Positions 1 to 11,087 of a stretch of 35,223 nucleotides of DNA are shown here, one piece after another. Source of the stretch: Octopus bimaculoides (taxonomy: Eukaryota); assembly GCF_001194135.2 (NCBI RefSeq), contig NC_068995.1, positions 7,351,677 through 7,386,899 of the forward strand, read 5' to 3'. A program made the position numbers and the translations under genes. The notes under the pieces were generated by a model. The model had not been told where the DNA came from, ran no database searches, and worked only from the letters and a program-made list of their open reading frames with translations. How positions within the stretch are numbered: the stretch's first letter is position 1; every line of letters begins with the position of its first letter.

Positions 1-475
1 TATATATATAAATACATGCATACATGTATGTGTGTGTGTGCAGGTATGTATGTATGTATGTAAGTAAGTATGTCTGTCTGTATATATGTATGTATGGATA
101 GATGGATGGATGGAGGGAGTGATGGATGGATGTATATCTGCAGAGTATGCATAAATGCACCGAAAGAAATCACATATTACTCGTTAATAGTTACTAAAAA
201 TAGATTGTGTACATTTTAGAGTGATTATCGACAAGAACTACAACAACAAAACCTTGAGAACAGCAACAACAACAACAACATAAACAATAACATCACCACT
301 TTCAACAACAAAACAACAATAACAACATCAACAGTGTTACCACCACCCCAACCAACACCGCAACCACCGTCAGCATCATCATCATCATCACCGTCACCAC
401 ACGCAACAACAACAAAAACAGCAACAACAACAATCGCGACTAGTGCACTACCGACAGTACCACCGTGGCCACAAC
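1..475. repeat. Mixed simple repeats: (TA)n/(TG)n/(TATG)n/(GGAT)n followed by degenerate (CAA)n/(CAT)n
   Basis: Directly visible tandem units. Confidence 0.9.
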
Positions 476-1558
476 CATCGACATCTCCCCTCCTCCATTA
501 ACACCTAAAACTTTACGTTGTGCCACGTTTTAAAATGTCTCAAGGCAACGATAACAGCTTCACACAAAACATTTCAATTGTTATGGCCGCCCTTACGTTT
601 ANNNNNNNNNNNNNNNNNNNNNNNNNNNNNNNNNNNNNNNNNNNNNNNNNNNNNNNNNNNNNNNNNNNNNNNNNNNNNNNNNNNNNNNNNNNNNNNNNNN
701 NNNNNNNNNNNNNNNNNNNNNNNNNNNNNNNNNNNNNNNNNNNNNNNNNNNNNNNNNNNNNNNNNNNNNNNNNNNNNNNNNNNNNNNNNNNNNNNNNNNN
801 NNNNNNNNNNNNNNNNNNNNNNNNNNNNNNNNNNNNNNNNNNNNNNNNNNNNNNNNNNNNNNNNNNNNNNNNNNNNNNNNNNNNNNNNNNNNNNNNNNNN
901 NNNNNNNNNNNNNNNNNNNNNNNNNNNNNNNNNNNNNNNNNNNNNNNNNNNNNNNNNNNNNNNNNNNNNNNNNNNNNNNNNNNNNNNNNNNNNNNNNNNN
1001 NNNNNNNNNNNNNNNNNNNNNNNNNNNNNNNNNNNNNNNNNNNNNNNNNNNNNNNNNNNNNNNNNNNNNNNNNNNNNNNNNNNNNNNNNNNNNNNNNNNN
1101 NNNNNNNNNNNNNNNNNNNNNNNNNNNNNNNNNNNNNNNNNNNNNNNNNNNNNNNNNNNNNNNNNNNNNNNNNNNNNNNNNNNNNNNNNNNNNNNNNNNN
1201 NNNNNNNNNNNNNNNNNNNNNNNNNNNNNNNNNNNNNNNNNNNNNNNNNNNNNNNNNNNNNNNNNNNNNNNNNNNNNNNNNNNNNNNNNNNNNNNNNNNN
1301 NNNNNNNNNNNNNNNNNNNNNNNNNNNNNNNNNNNNNNNNNNNNNNNNNNNNNNNNNNNNNNNNNNNNNNNNNNNNNNNNNNNNNNNNNNNNNNNNNNNN
1401 NNNNNNNNNNNNNNNNNNNNNNNNNNNNNNNNNNNNNNNNNNNNNNNNNNNNNNNNNNNNNNNNNNNNNNNNNNNNNNNNNNNNNNNNNNNNNNNNNNNN
1501 NNNNNNNNNNNNNNNNNNNNNNNNNNNNNNNNNNNNNNNNNATATATATATACACACA

Positions 1559-2100
1559 TGAGGGTGAGTCAAAAAGTAATGCTATTTTGTTTAGGACAGG
1601 TATAATTACCAACACTGGAACATGTATCATACATCAAAATGAAGCTGTTCCTCTGTGGATCACATCCCTACTTCTCAACATAGTCACCGTTTCTCTCAAT
1701 AGCAATGTTCCACCTTCGAATGAGAGCATGTATCCCTGCCCCGTAAAGTTCTGTTGACTGTTCTTTAAGCCACTTCTTTACAACAGTTTTCACTTCCTCG
1801 TCACTGGAATAATGTTTGCCTTTCAAACCCTCTTTCGTGGTGCCGAAGAGATAATAGTCTGAAGGCGCTAAAATCTGGTGAGTGTGGAAGTAGTGAAGAA
1901 GTGGCTCAAAGAACAGTCAACAAAATTTTACGAGGCAGGGATACATGCTCCCATTCAAAGGTGGAACATCGCTGTTGAGAGAAACGGTGACTATGCTGAG
2001 GAGTAGGGATGTGATCCACAGAGGACCAGCTTCATTTTGATGTATGATACATGTTCCTGTGTTGGTAATTATACCTGTCCTAAATAAAAGGCCATTACTT
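1559..2100. mobile_element. Non-autonomous mariner-derived element (MITE-like) with ~211-bp inverted arms
   Basis: 1574-1784 is the ungapped reverse complement of 1890-2100 (18 mismatches in 211 by hand count, ~91%). The left end TGAGGGTGAGTCAAAAAGTAATG resembles mariner termini (TACGAGGG...). The outermost ~15 bp of the right TIR are missing. The interior encodes a mariner transposase C-terminus. Confidence 0.9.
1668..1884 (-). pseudogene. Mariner (DD34D) transposase C-terminal fragment with a +1 frameshift
   Basis: Hand translation: HSPD/(fs)LAPSDYYLFGTTKEGLKGKHYSSDEEVKTVVKKWLKEQSTELYGAGIHALIRRWNIAIERNGDYVEK*. This matches the mariner YSPDLAPSDY(H)LF motif and the typical ...RW....GDYVEK* terminus. 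A second copy (VVKKWLKEQSTKFYEAGIHAPIQRWNIAVERNGDYAEE*) lies on the + strand at 1890-2006. Confidence 0.88.
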
Positions 2101-2994
2101 GAGTATCATTCTGTAGCTTCATCAGAAGTTCAAAAATGAGGTGCATTCATTTTGGAAAACGTTTACATTTGTCTACATACATACAAAAGCTCTACCAATG
2201 AAAAAGAATATACATACACATACACACATATTATATACATATATATATATATATATATGTGATATATATATATATATATATATGTACGTTTATACATATA
2301 TATATNNNNNNNNNNNNNNNNNNNNNNNNNNNNNNNNNNNNNNNNNNNNNNNNNNNNNNNNNNNNNNNNNNNNNNNNNNNNNNNNNNNNNNNNNNNNNNN
2401 NNNNNNNNNNNNNNNNNNNNNNNNNNNNNNNNNNNNNNNNNNNNNNNNNNNNNNNNNNNNNNNNNNNNNNNNNNNNNNNNNNNNNNNNNNNNNNNNNNNN
2501 NNNNNNNNNNNNNNNNNNNNNNNNNNNNNNNNNNNNNNNNNNNNNNNNNNNNNNNNNNNNNNNNNNNNNNNNNNNNNNNNNNNNNNNNNNNNNNNNNNNN
2601 NNNNNNNNNNNNNNNNNNNNNNNNNNNNNNNNNNNNNNNNNNNNNNNNNNNNNNNNNNNNNNNNNNNNNNNNNNNNNNNNNNNNNNNNNNNNNNNNNNNN
2701 NNNNNNNNNNNNNNNNNNNNNNNNNNNNNNNNNNNNNNNNNNNNNNNNNNNNNNNNNNNNNNNNNNNNNNNNNNNNNNNNNNNNNNNNNNNNNNNNNNNN
2801 NNNNNNNNNNNNNNNNNNNNNNNNATATATATTAGGTATGTATATTTGTATGTACGTATACGCTTTTAGTTTCGATGTTTAAAGTGTTCTTCTCTCATTG
2901 TAGAGTAATTCTAATGGTAAAAGATATTGATGCCATATTTAGCACCGTTCCAACACCTCGGTACCATTACCGTTCCTTAAATTAACCTTATTTC

Positions 2995-3300
2995 GTTTAC
3001 CATTTTCATCATCGTGGCACTCCCCATCTTCATCGTCCTCCTCATCATCATCAGCCGTCATCGTCACCGTCATCATCTTTTTCGTGATAACTTTCGGAAA
3101 CCGTTCTTTCCAAGTCTGTCTGACACACACACAGACACACACATACACACAGTCACACACATATACACACAGTCGCACACCCATACACACAGTCACAGAC
3201 ACATACACACACGCAACAATGCGTCGATGTATATACATATATCGCTATCTACATCTACATCTATATCTATATATATATATGTGTGTGTGTGCATTTGTGT
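2995..3300. repeat. Degenerate (CAT/CGT)n followed by degenerate (CA)n/(TA)n/(TG)n
   Basis: Visible low-complexity units. They explain the acidic and HT-rich ORFs in the track. Confidence 0.8.
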
Positions 3301-4411
3301 GCGTATGTGTGTGTATGCATGTGTGTATATTGGTGTACGTATCTAACAGAAACGTGTAATACATATATGTGTGTATGTGCACCCACGCACATACACATCA
3401 AGAATCTTGCAACACCAATTGATATATAAATATATGTGTATAAATATATATATATATATATATANNNNNNNNNNNNNNNNNNNNNNNNNNNNNNNNNNNN
3501 NNNNNNNNNNNNNNNNNNNNNNNNNNNNNNNNNNNNNNNNNNNNNNNNNNNNNNNNNNNNNNNNNNNNNNNNNNNNNNNNNNNNNNNNNNNNNNNNNNNN
3601 NNNNNNNNNNNNNNNNNNNNNNNNNNNNNNNNNNNNNNNNNNNNNNNNNNNNNNNNNNNNNNNNNNNNNNNNNNNNNNNNNNNNNNNNNNNNNNNNNNNN
3701 NNNNNNNNNNNNNNNNNNNNNNNNNNNNNNNNNNNNNNNNNNNNNNNNNNNNNNNNNNNNNNNNNNNNNNNNNNNNNNNNNNNNNNNNNNNNNNNNNNNN
3801 NNNNNNNNNNNNNNNNNNNNNNNNNNNNNNNNNNNNNNNNNNNNNNNNNNNNNNNNNNNNNNNNNNNNNNNNNNNNNNNNNNNNNNNNNNNNNNNNNNNN
3901 NNNNNNNNNNNNNNNNNNNNNNNNNNNNNNNNNNNNNNNNNNNNNNNNNNNNNNNNNNNNNNNNNNNNNNNNNNNNNNNNNNNNNNNNNNNNNNNNNNNN
4001 NNNNNNNNNNNNNNNNNNNNNNNNNNNNNNNNNNNNNNNNNNNNNNNNNNNNNNNNNNNNNNNNNNNNNNNNNNNNNNNNNNNNNNNNNNNNNNNNNNNN
4101 NNNNNNNNNNNNNNNNNNNNNNNNNNNNNNNNNNNNNNNNNNNNNNNNNNNNNNNNNNNNNNNNNNNNNNNNNNNNNNNNNNNNNNNNNNNNNNNNNNNN
4201 NNNNNNNNNNNNNNNNNNNNNNNNNNNNNNNNNNNNNNNNNNNNNNNNNNNNNNNNNNNNNNNNNNNNNNNNNNNNNNNNNNNNNNNNNNNNNNNNNNNN
4301 NNNNNNNNNNNNNNNNNNNNNNNNNNNNNNNNNNNNNNNNNNNNNNNNNNNNNNNNNNNNNNNNNNNNNNNNNNNNNNNNNNNNNNNNNNNNNNNNNNNN
4401 NNNNNNNNNNN

Positions 4412-4456
<45 letters not shown>

Positions 4457-4554
4457 TACACACACACACATGCACACACACACACACATGCACACACACA
4501 CACATGCACACACACACACGAATATGCACGCGCGTGTATATGTCTGAGTGAGGG

Positions 4555-4592
<38 letters not shown>

Positions 4593-4602
4593 TGTGTGTG
4601 CA
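4412..4602. repeat. (CA)n tract followed by (TG)n tract
   Basis: Visible: (CA)n 4412-4520, (TG)n ~4556-4602. Confidence 0.95.
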
Positions 4603-4898
4603 CGTGCACTGTGCCCCCGTGGAGGTATATGTTAGAAAAACTCACTGCTGTCACCGCTTACAATAAAAAAAAAAAATATGTTTCATTTTGTTCTGTGTGT
4701 CATGATCATCTTCCACCGTATTTTGTTTCACTATGCGACACCATTTGTTGCAATTAAACATACTTCTTATTGCCAATAAAAAACGCATTTGCTAATGTTT
4801 TAGTACCGTTGCTGTAGCACTGCACACGGGTCCTAACGTGAAGAGCAGCATATAGCAAAACAATAGAAATAACATATTTATTCCTTCAAATAACATTG

Positions 4899-5006
4899 AT
4901 AATAATAATAATAATAATAGTAACAATAATAATAATAACAATAATAATAATAATAATAATAATAACAAAAATATAATAACAATAATAACAAAAATAATAA
5001 TAATAG
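4899..5006. repeat. (AAT)n/(AAC)n microsatellite
   Basis: Visible tandem units. Confidence 0.92.
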
Positions 5007-5387
5007 AAATGATAATATCACAAGGTGACTATATATGTGGCCATGGGTTTCAGTTAGTCGTCCTGTGTATTATTGTTTTGTCGATATGCGACGAGGTGGG
5101 AGGCATCCCATCATTTTATAAACAATGGATGTATATCATGACAAGTCCAGTCACGTCTTTCTTGCTCTACCCGAAACTCACCGAAGGAGATTTTATTTAT
5201 TTATTGCTCAATTGTTTATTTTACTAAATTGTAATTCAATGTCTTTTTTTTTATTATATCTTTATTGTTGTTTGTCATTTGACCAATCCAAGCCGTTTTT
5301 TTTTTGTGTCGTACCACGTCACTTGATGTCTTGATCCTCCGGAGCCCTTCTGGCTAATAAAAGAAATCATGATCATGATCACGATGA

Positions 5388-5593
<206 letters not shown>

Positions 5594-5860
5594 GTTGCGT
5601 TTGCACAGCTTCTAACGCTGAAGATGTACTACGGTGTCAGCTGTTCACTACCAGTGAACTAAGGTAACACCTCTTATTTTTCAAGCGGTTCAAAGCAGTG
5701 CTGTTTTCTGCAAGTGCTCCACCCTTATTGCAGACCCTATTTGTTCAACGTACGTCTCGAGATTTTTACTCACTGTTTCAAGGGCTCCGACAATTATTGG
5801 TACTACCACTACATTTTTCATCGACCACAACTGCTTAACCTCCAAAACTAACCCGAACTT
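5594..5860 (-). mobile_element. 5'-truncated R4/Dong-type non-LTR retrotransposon (RLE clade), 3' end
   Basis: Minus-strand translation of 5842-5690 gives EVKQLWSMKNVVVVPIIVGALETVSKNLETYVEQIGSAIRVEHLQKTALL*TA*. This matches the C-terminal P(I/V)(I/V)(V/I)GALG...LQKTALLGTA signature of R4/Dong restriction-like-endonuclease elements, with two nonsense changes. A ~95-nt 3' UTR follows and runs directly into (AAT)n. Confidence 0.8.
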
Positions 5861-6319
5861 GCTGGCCTTGCGTTAGAATTTCAAAGAATAATTACGTCAG
5901 CAAGCCCAAAAGTTTTTGGAAAAACAAATGGTACATCGTACTAAATCCAGCTACTTCGACAGCACTTTACTATATTAAACTCCAGAGAATTGGAACCTTA
6001 TTTTATTAAACGCGTTGACTTCAGAATATTCGTACTTCATTATATCAACAGCCGCAAGATGTACTCGAAAACATTTATCCCAAGTTCTCACAATTCTGCC
6101 AGTTTACTGCTTCCATAAAAATAGAGAAGGAGTAATTATCATGTCTGCCATATTTCTCGATAAAAACAATGCACTTTAGTTATCAAACTAAACTAAAAGT
6201 GTTTTAGTGTTCTCATAATTATCATAGGACAGGCGGTATGTTTGGTTATCTTTGATAATTTTTTTTCCTCAACAATTATATAATATTGAGCACATGTTGA
6301 TTATCTCAGATCTCAGAAA

Positions 6320-6335
6320 ATTACAACAACATAAC

Positions 6336-6394
<59 letters not shown>

Positions 6395-6440
6395 TGATGA
6401 TGATGATGATAATAATAATGAGGGTGATGATGATGATGAT
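6320..6440. repeat. (AAT)n/(GAT)n microsatellite
   Basis: Visible tandem units. Confidence 0.92.
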
Positions 6441-7506
6441 TGCAATAACTACAGAAGTTATTAATTAATGAAACAGCTATTAAAGCCAGATACAGACTAT
6501 ATATGTGGTGTGTGGTACGGCAATCATCAAATATTGGAAAACTGAGATGAATGAGCCATAATGAAGTCGAGATTGAATCTTCACAGCGCAGTGGATGTAT
6601 ATATATATATATATANNNNNNNNNNNNNNNNNNNNNNNNNNNNNNNNNNNNNNNNNNNNNNNNNNNNNNNNNNNNNNNNNNNNNNNNNNNNNNNNNNNNN
6701 NNNNNNNNNNNNNNNNNNNNNNNNNNNNNNNNNNNNNNNNNNNNNNNNNNNNNNNNNNNNNNNNNNNNNNNNNNNNNNNNNNNNNNNNNNNNNNNNNNNN
6801 NNNNNNNNNNNNNNNNNNNNNNNNNNNNNNNNNNNNNNNNNNNNNNNNNNNNNNNNNNNNNNNNNNNNNNNNNNNNNNNNNNNNNNNNNNNNNNNNNNNN
6901 NNNNNNNNNNNNNNNNNNNNNNNNNNNNNNNNNNNNNNNNNNNNNNNNNNNNNNNNNNNNNNNNNNNNNNNNNNNNNNNNNNNNNNNNNNNNNNNNNNNN
7001 NNNNNNNNNNNNNNNNNNNNNNNNNNNNNNNNNNNNNNNNNNNNNNNNNNNNNNNNNNNNNNNNNNNNNNNNNNNNNNNNNNNNNNNNNNNNNNNNNNNN
7101 NNNNNNNNNNNNNNNNNNNNNNNNNNNNNNNNNNNNNNNNNNNNNNNNNNNNNNNNNNNNNNNNNNNNNNNNNNNNNNNNNNNNNNNNNNNNNNNNNNNN
7201 NNNNNNNNNNNNNNNNNNNNNNNNNNNNNNNNNNNNNNNNNNNNNNNNNNNNNNNNNNNNNNNNNNNNTATATATGTATATATACATATATGTATGTATA
7301 TATACATATATATATGTATATATATGTGTGTGTATGTATGTATGCATATATATCATAAATATATATTTATATATATTAATATTAGCAAAGTAAATGCGGC
7401 GTGTACTCTTGTGCAAAAACCTGTATAACTAATCTAAACAATATTGTTAGCTTCACACAGAGCTTATAAAATATTTTGCCTGGATTTATAATTCCTCACT
7501 AATAAC

Positions 7507-7507
<1 letters not shown>

Positions 7508-7572
<65 letters not shown>

Positions 7573-7596
7573 AAACACACATATATGGAGGGAGAA

Positions 7597-7627
<31 letters not shown>

Positions 7628-7660
7628 GAGAGCGAGAGAGAGAGAGATAGAAAGAGACAG
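7508..7660. repeat. (CA)n followed by (GA)n
   Basis: Visible tandem units. Confidence 0.93.
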
Positions 7661-8864
7661 ACGCATGTCTATATATAAAGCAGGCCTTAAAAAATAAGCG
7701 CTAGGTGGCGTGTGTGTATTCATATACATACAAACGCACACTAACACAAAATTCAAAATCAGCCCAACAAGCAATAAAGCTATTTTTGCTTTACAATTTT
7801 CAAACCCATCATTTATAGCATCATCCTATATCCATTACATGGACTCTAATCTGATCAGAATCTAATGGAGACCGTTTGCTCCGCACCCCAACTGCATAAT
7901 TTGAACCTTCCATTCTTTCTTCATTCATGCAGAACTTCGTTCTGACTACAAACATTAGTGCATTTTTTCCTTTTTTCCTTGCTTAAACATCAATATTGAT
8001 TGCGATTTTTTAACTCCTCTGCGGTATATATTAACAATATAATGTGTTTTTGTCATTATCTGATGAGCTGATTGATACTGATGTTGCACCATTTAACGTT
8101 GCCATTTTATTTGAAGAAACATCAAAAAATAGGATGAATCTGATGCAGCTGGGTATTTCGACCAACTTCAATCATAGTCTGTCGCTCTACCCTGATAATA
8201 AACCTAGAAAAGGCAATTATATCTTCTTCATATGCAGTAGGTGGTCTCTGTAAAAAACAAAAAAAGATGTGCTGACTAGCATTATCAGGACAAATGCTAA
8301 ACATAAATCTACTGCACCACGACCTTGTTTCCATAAAACCACCAATTTAATATCGCCATTTGCAATCTATTTCTTGTTTTACAAATGCTAATTTTCTGTT
8401 TTCAATTATCCAGCTCACCAATTTTTCTTCTAGCCTCAGTCACGTCTCAATTTCGTACGAAAACTACTCCTCATTATTTATTTAAGTTTTTTTTTCTAGT
8501 ACCCTACGTTACAACTTATTATCTAACAAGTTTTTCCTTCATAGTTTGTTATTCAAATATTTTATTGATGACGGAATGCTGAGATTATTTCGATCCCAGT
8601 ATATTTCCTTTACACTTTCTTAGGCTCTTATCTATTGCTCTCAGCTTCACCATTCCTGAAATACTCCTTGTGATGGAGGTAACTCTAAATGTCTAAGAGT
8701 GACCCGAGAACCTCCGTGCTACTTCGGTAAGCTGTAAAATAATGCAATGACAAACGCAGTTGTATATGACGATTCTTTGAAACCGATGATATGGGGGTGG
8801 GGTGAGAAGGAATAGATTTTTGCTACAAAGTTATAAAGTTTGGAAGAGTTTATTAGAAACATAC

Positions 8865-8940
8865 TTTTCTGCCTGTTGTACCTCTCGTTGCATCATCGAC
8901 AATAGAGGTCACCTCGGTAGCGAGTTTCCATAAGGTGCAT
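8865..8940 (-). CDS. Possible small coding exon of an unidentified gene (weak)
   Basis: 76 nt between AG (8942-41) and GTATGT (8864-59), with an open frame CTLWKLATEVTSIVDDATRGTTGRK. Phase-compatible acceptors lie downstream at 8732 and 8248. No homology recognised. Confidence 0.15.
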
Positions 8941-9159
8941 CTTTTAGAGTAGCATACGTACAGATAATCAGACATACAAACATACACACACACACGCACA
9001 CACGGACACGCAAATGCACATGTATATATATATATATGTGTGTGTGTGTGAGAGTGTGTGTGTGTGTGAGAGTGTGTGTGAGAGTGTGTGTACATGTGTG
9101 GATATTTTCGCGGATAGAGCTGAAAGTGACTTCGAAGTTTCCGCTTATTCACCATAATT

Positions 9160-9197
9160 AGAAGTAAGCTTCTTTATCACACAGGCACGCCTAACAT
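9160..9197 (-). mobile_element. Short 5' head fragment of SINE family A
   Basis: The reverse complement reads GGCGTGCCTGTGTGATAAAGAAGCTTACTT, similar to the head of the copy at 13921 (TGGCTGTGTAGTAAGTAGCTTGCT). Confidence 0.5.
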
Positions 9198-9202
9198 GTT
9201 AT

Positions 9203-9204
<2 letters not shown>

Positions 9205-9237
<33 letters not shown>

Positions 9238-9478
9238 CACACACACACGCACACACACACGCACACACACACGCACACACACACACATATATATATATAT
9301 ATGTATACATATATATATATATATATGACAGGCTTCGGTGCAGTTTCCGCATACAAATTTTTACTTACCTCGCAGCAATAGTATAAGAAACGTCTCTGAG
9401 GTGGGAACAATGTGAGATTGAACCTGGAATCTCGTGGTTATGAAGCTAAATTCTTAACCACGAAGCAATACCTGCATC
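9205..9478 (-). mobile_element. tRNA-derived SINE family A, 5' half (9327-9478), with an expanded internal (TA)n(TG)n tract (9205-9326)
   Basis: The reverse complement aligns by eye to 13921-14075 (AACCAC..GATTCCAGGTTCAATCTCAC; ACTAT; GGAAACTG..GAAGCCTGTC). The dinucleotide tract starts at the homologous position. Confidence 0.75.
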
Positions 9479-9621
9479 TCTGTCTCTCTATCATTTGGCT
9501 GTTTATTACTTTTGGAAGCATACTTTATCTTACATTTGTTACCTTCCCACAGCGAAAGGTCACAGCTGATTGGATTACACGAGTTCTTAGATACGAATTA
9601 GTCACAAATAACTTAATAGAC

Positions 9622-9648
9622 ATGCAGTCTCATCTGTCTATTTGTCTG

Positions 9649-9727
<79 letters not shown>

Positions 9728-9742
9728 GTCTGTCTGTCTGGC

Positions 9743-9786
<44 letters not shown>

Positions 9787-10042
9787 AGTCTGTCTGCCTA
9801 TCTGTCTGTCTGTCTATCTATCTGTCTGTCTGCCTGTCTGTATGTCTGTCTGCCTGTCTGTCTGTCTTCTGTCTATCTATCTATCTATCTACCTGCCAAT
9901 CTAAGTATCCATCTATGCACATACCTACCTACCTACCTACCTACCTACCTACCTACCTACCTACCTACCTGCCTGCCTGCCTGCCTCTCTGTCTGTCTGT
10001 CTGTCTGTCTGTCGCTATGTCTGTCGGTCTGTCTGTCTGTCA
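9622..10042. repeat. Compound tetranucleotide array (TCTA)n-(TCTG)n-(CCTA)n-(CCTG)n-(TCTG)n
   Basis: Visible. It explains the [12 protein letters not shown] ORFs at 9412-10176. Confidence 0.95.
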
Positions 10043-10371
10043 ATCTGGTATGCTCCAGGTCAGACAATGATGCGTCGAGCCTGATTTGGCTCTTCTCCTC
10101 CTTTTCCAGATTGAGCTCAAAGGTTGAGGTTCCCCACTTTCCTAGTTTTTTTTCCCCCTTGACGAAATATATTTAATTTCTACCGTCTCATATTCTGTCC
10201 TTCTCTCTCTCACATATTCTCTTCAATTCTTCAATTCTTTCATTACGTTATTCTCTCATTCTCTCCTCCAAATGTCTAAACCTATCCCACATTATCAACA
10301 TGTCTAGTATTGCTCCTTGACACTGAACGAATGATACAGGTCCATTTCGTTTGCTCCTTTTGATGTTGTGG

Positions 10372-10450
10372 TTCGTATTGTTGTTGTTGGCACAGCTGAT
10401 GATCTTGTTGTTGTTGTTGTTGTTGTTGTTGTGCTGTTGTTTTTGTTTGT
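10372..10450. repeat. (TTG)n microsatellite
   Basis: Visible tandem units. Confidence 0.9.
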
Positions 10451-10725
10451 CGTCGCCGTCTTGCGTCAACGAATTTTCGCCAAACAAATATTGGTGCTGA
10501 TAAAATGGAAGTTTGCCGACAAGGAAATAACAACTCGAAGCACACACGCAAATTAAAAAAAATACCCACACGCACACACAGGTAAAAACAACACACACAC
10601 ACCGACACACACAGTCACCCCCATACAAACCCAAACATACAGACGCATGTATGCGTGTGTTCATATGACAAGCATGTACACATGTACATATATTTAAACA
10701 TACACACTTATATAAATCTGTACGC

Positions 10726-10727
<2 letters not shown>

Positions 10728-10795
<68 letters not shown>

Positions 10796-11006
10796 ATATA
10801 TGTTTATATACATATTTACATATTGATGCTAACAATTGCGTGTATCTGTGTTTCTTTTGTCAATGAATATGTGTGTGTGTGAGAATGTACGTGCGTACAC
10901 ATATATCCATCAACATATAAGCACAATTTATATTCGTTAGCATTCCTACTCACACATGCATAAGCATAAGCACTAACATTTATACATAAAAAGACACAGA
11001 CACGTG

Positions 11007-11085
<79 letters not shown>
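10728..11085. repeat. (TA)n(TG)n tract (10728-10800) and long (TA)n tract (11009-11085)
   Basis: Visible tandem units. Confidence 0.93.

Positions 11086-11087
<2 letters not shown>

Noticed and set aside
2939-3238. Acidic ORF (…DDDEEDDEDGECHDDENGK…)
   Set aside because: Derived from degenerate (CAT)n and (CA)n repeats, with no splice signals or homology recognised.
9412-10176. 254-aa ORF with no N's
   Set aside because: It starts inside a SINE, and most of it is the stop-free TCTA/TCTG/CCTA array. There is no protein-like content.
10248-10664. Poly-N / poly-Q ORFs on the minus strand
   Set aside because: Driven by a (TTG)n tract and flanking (CA)n. The short unique part gives no recognisable motif or convincing splice sites.
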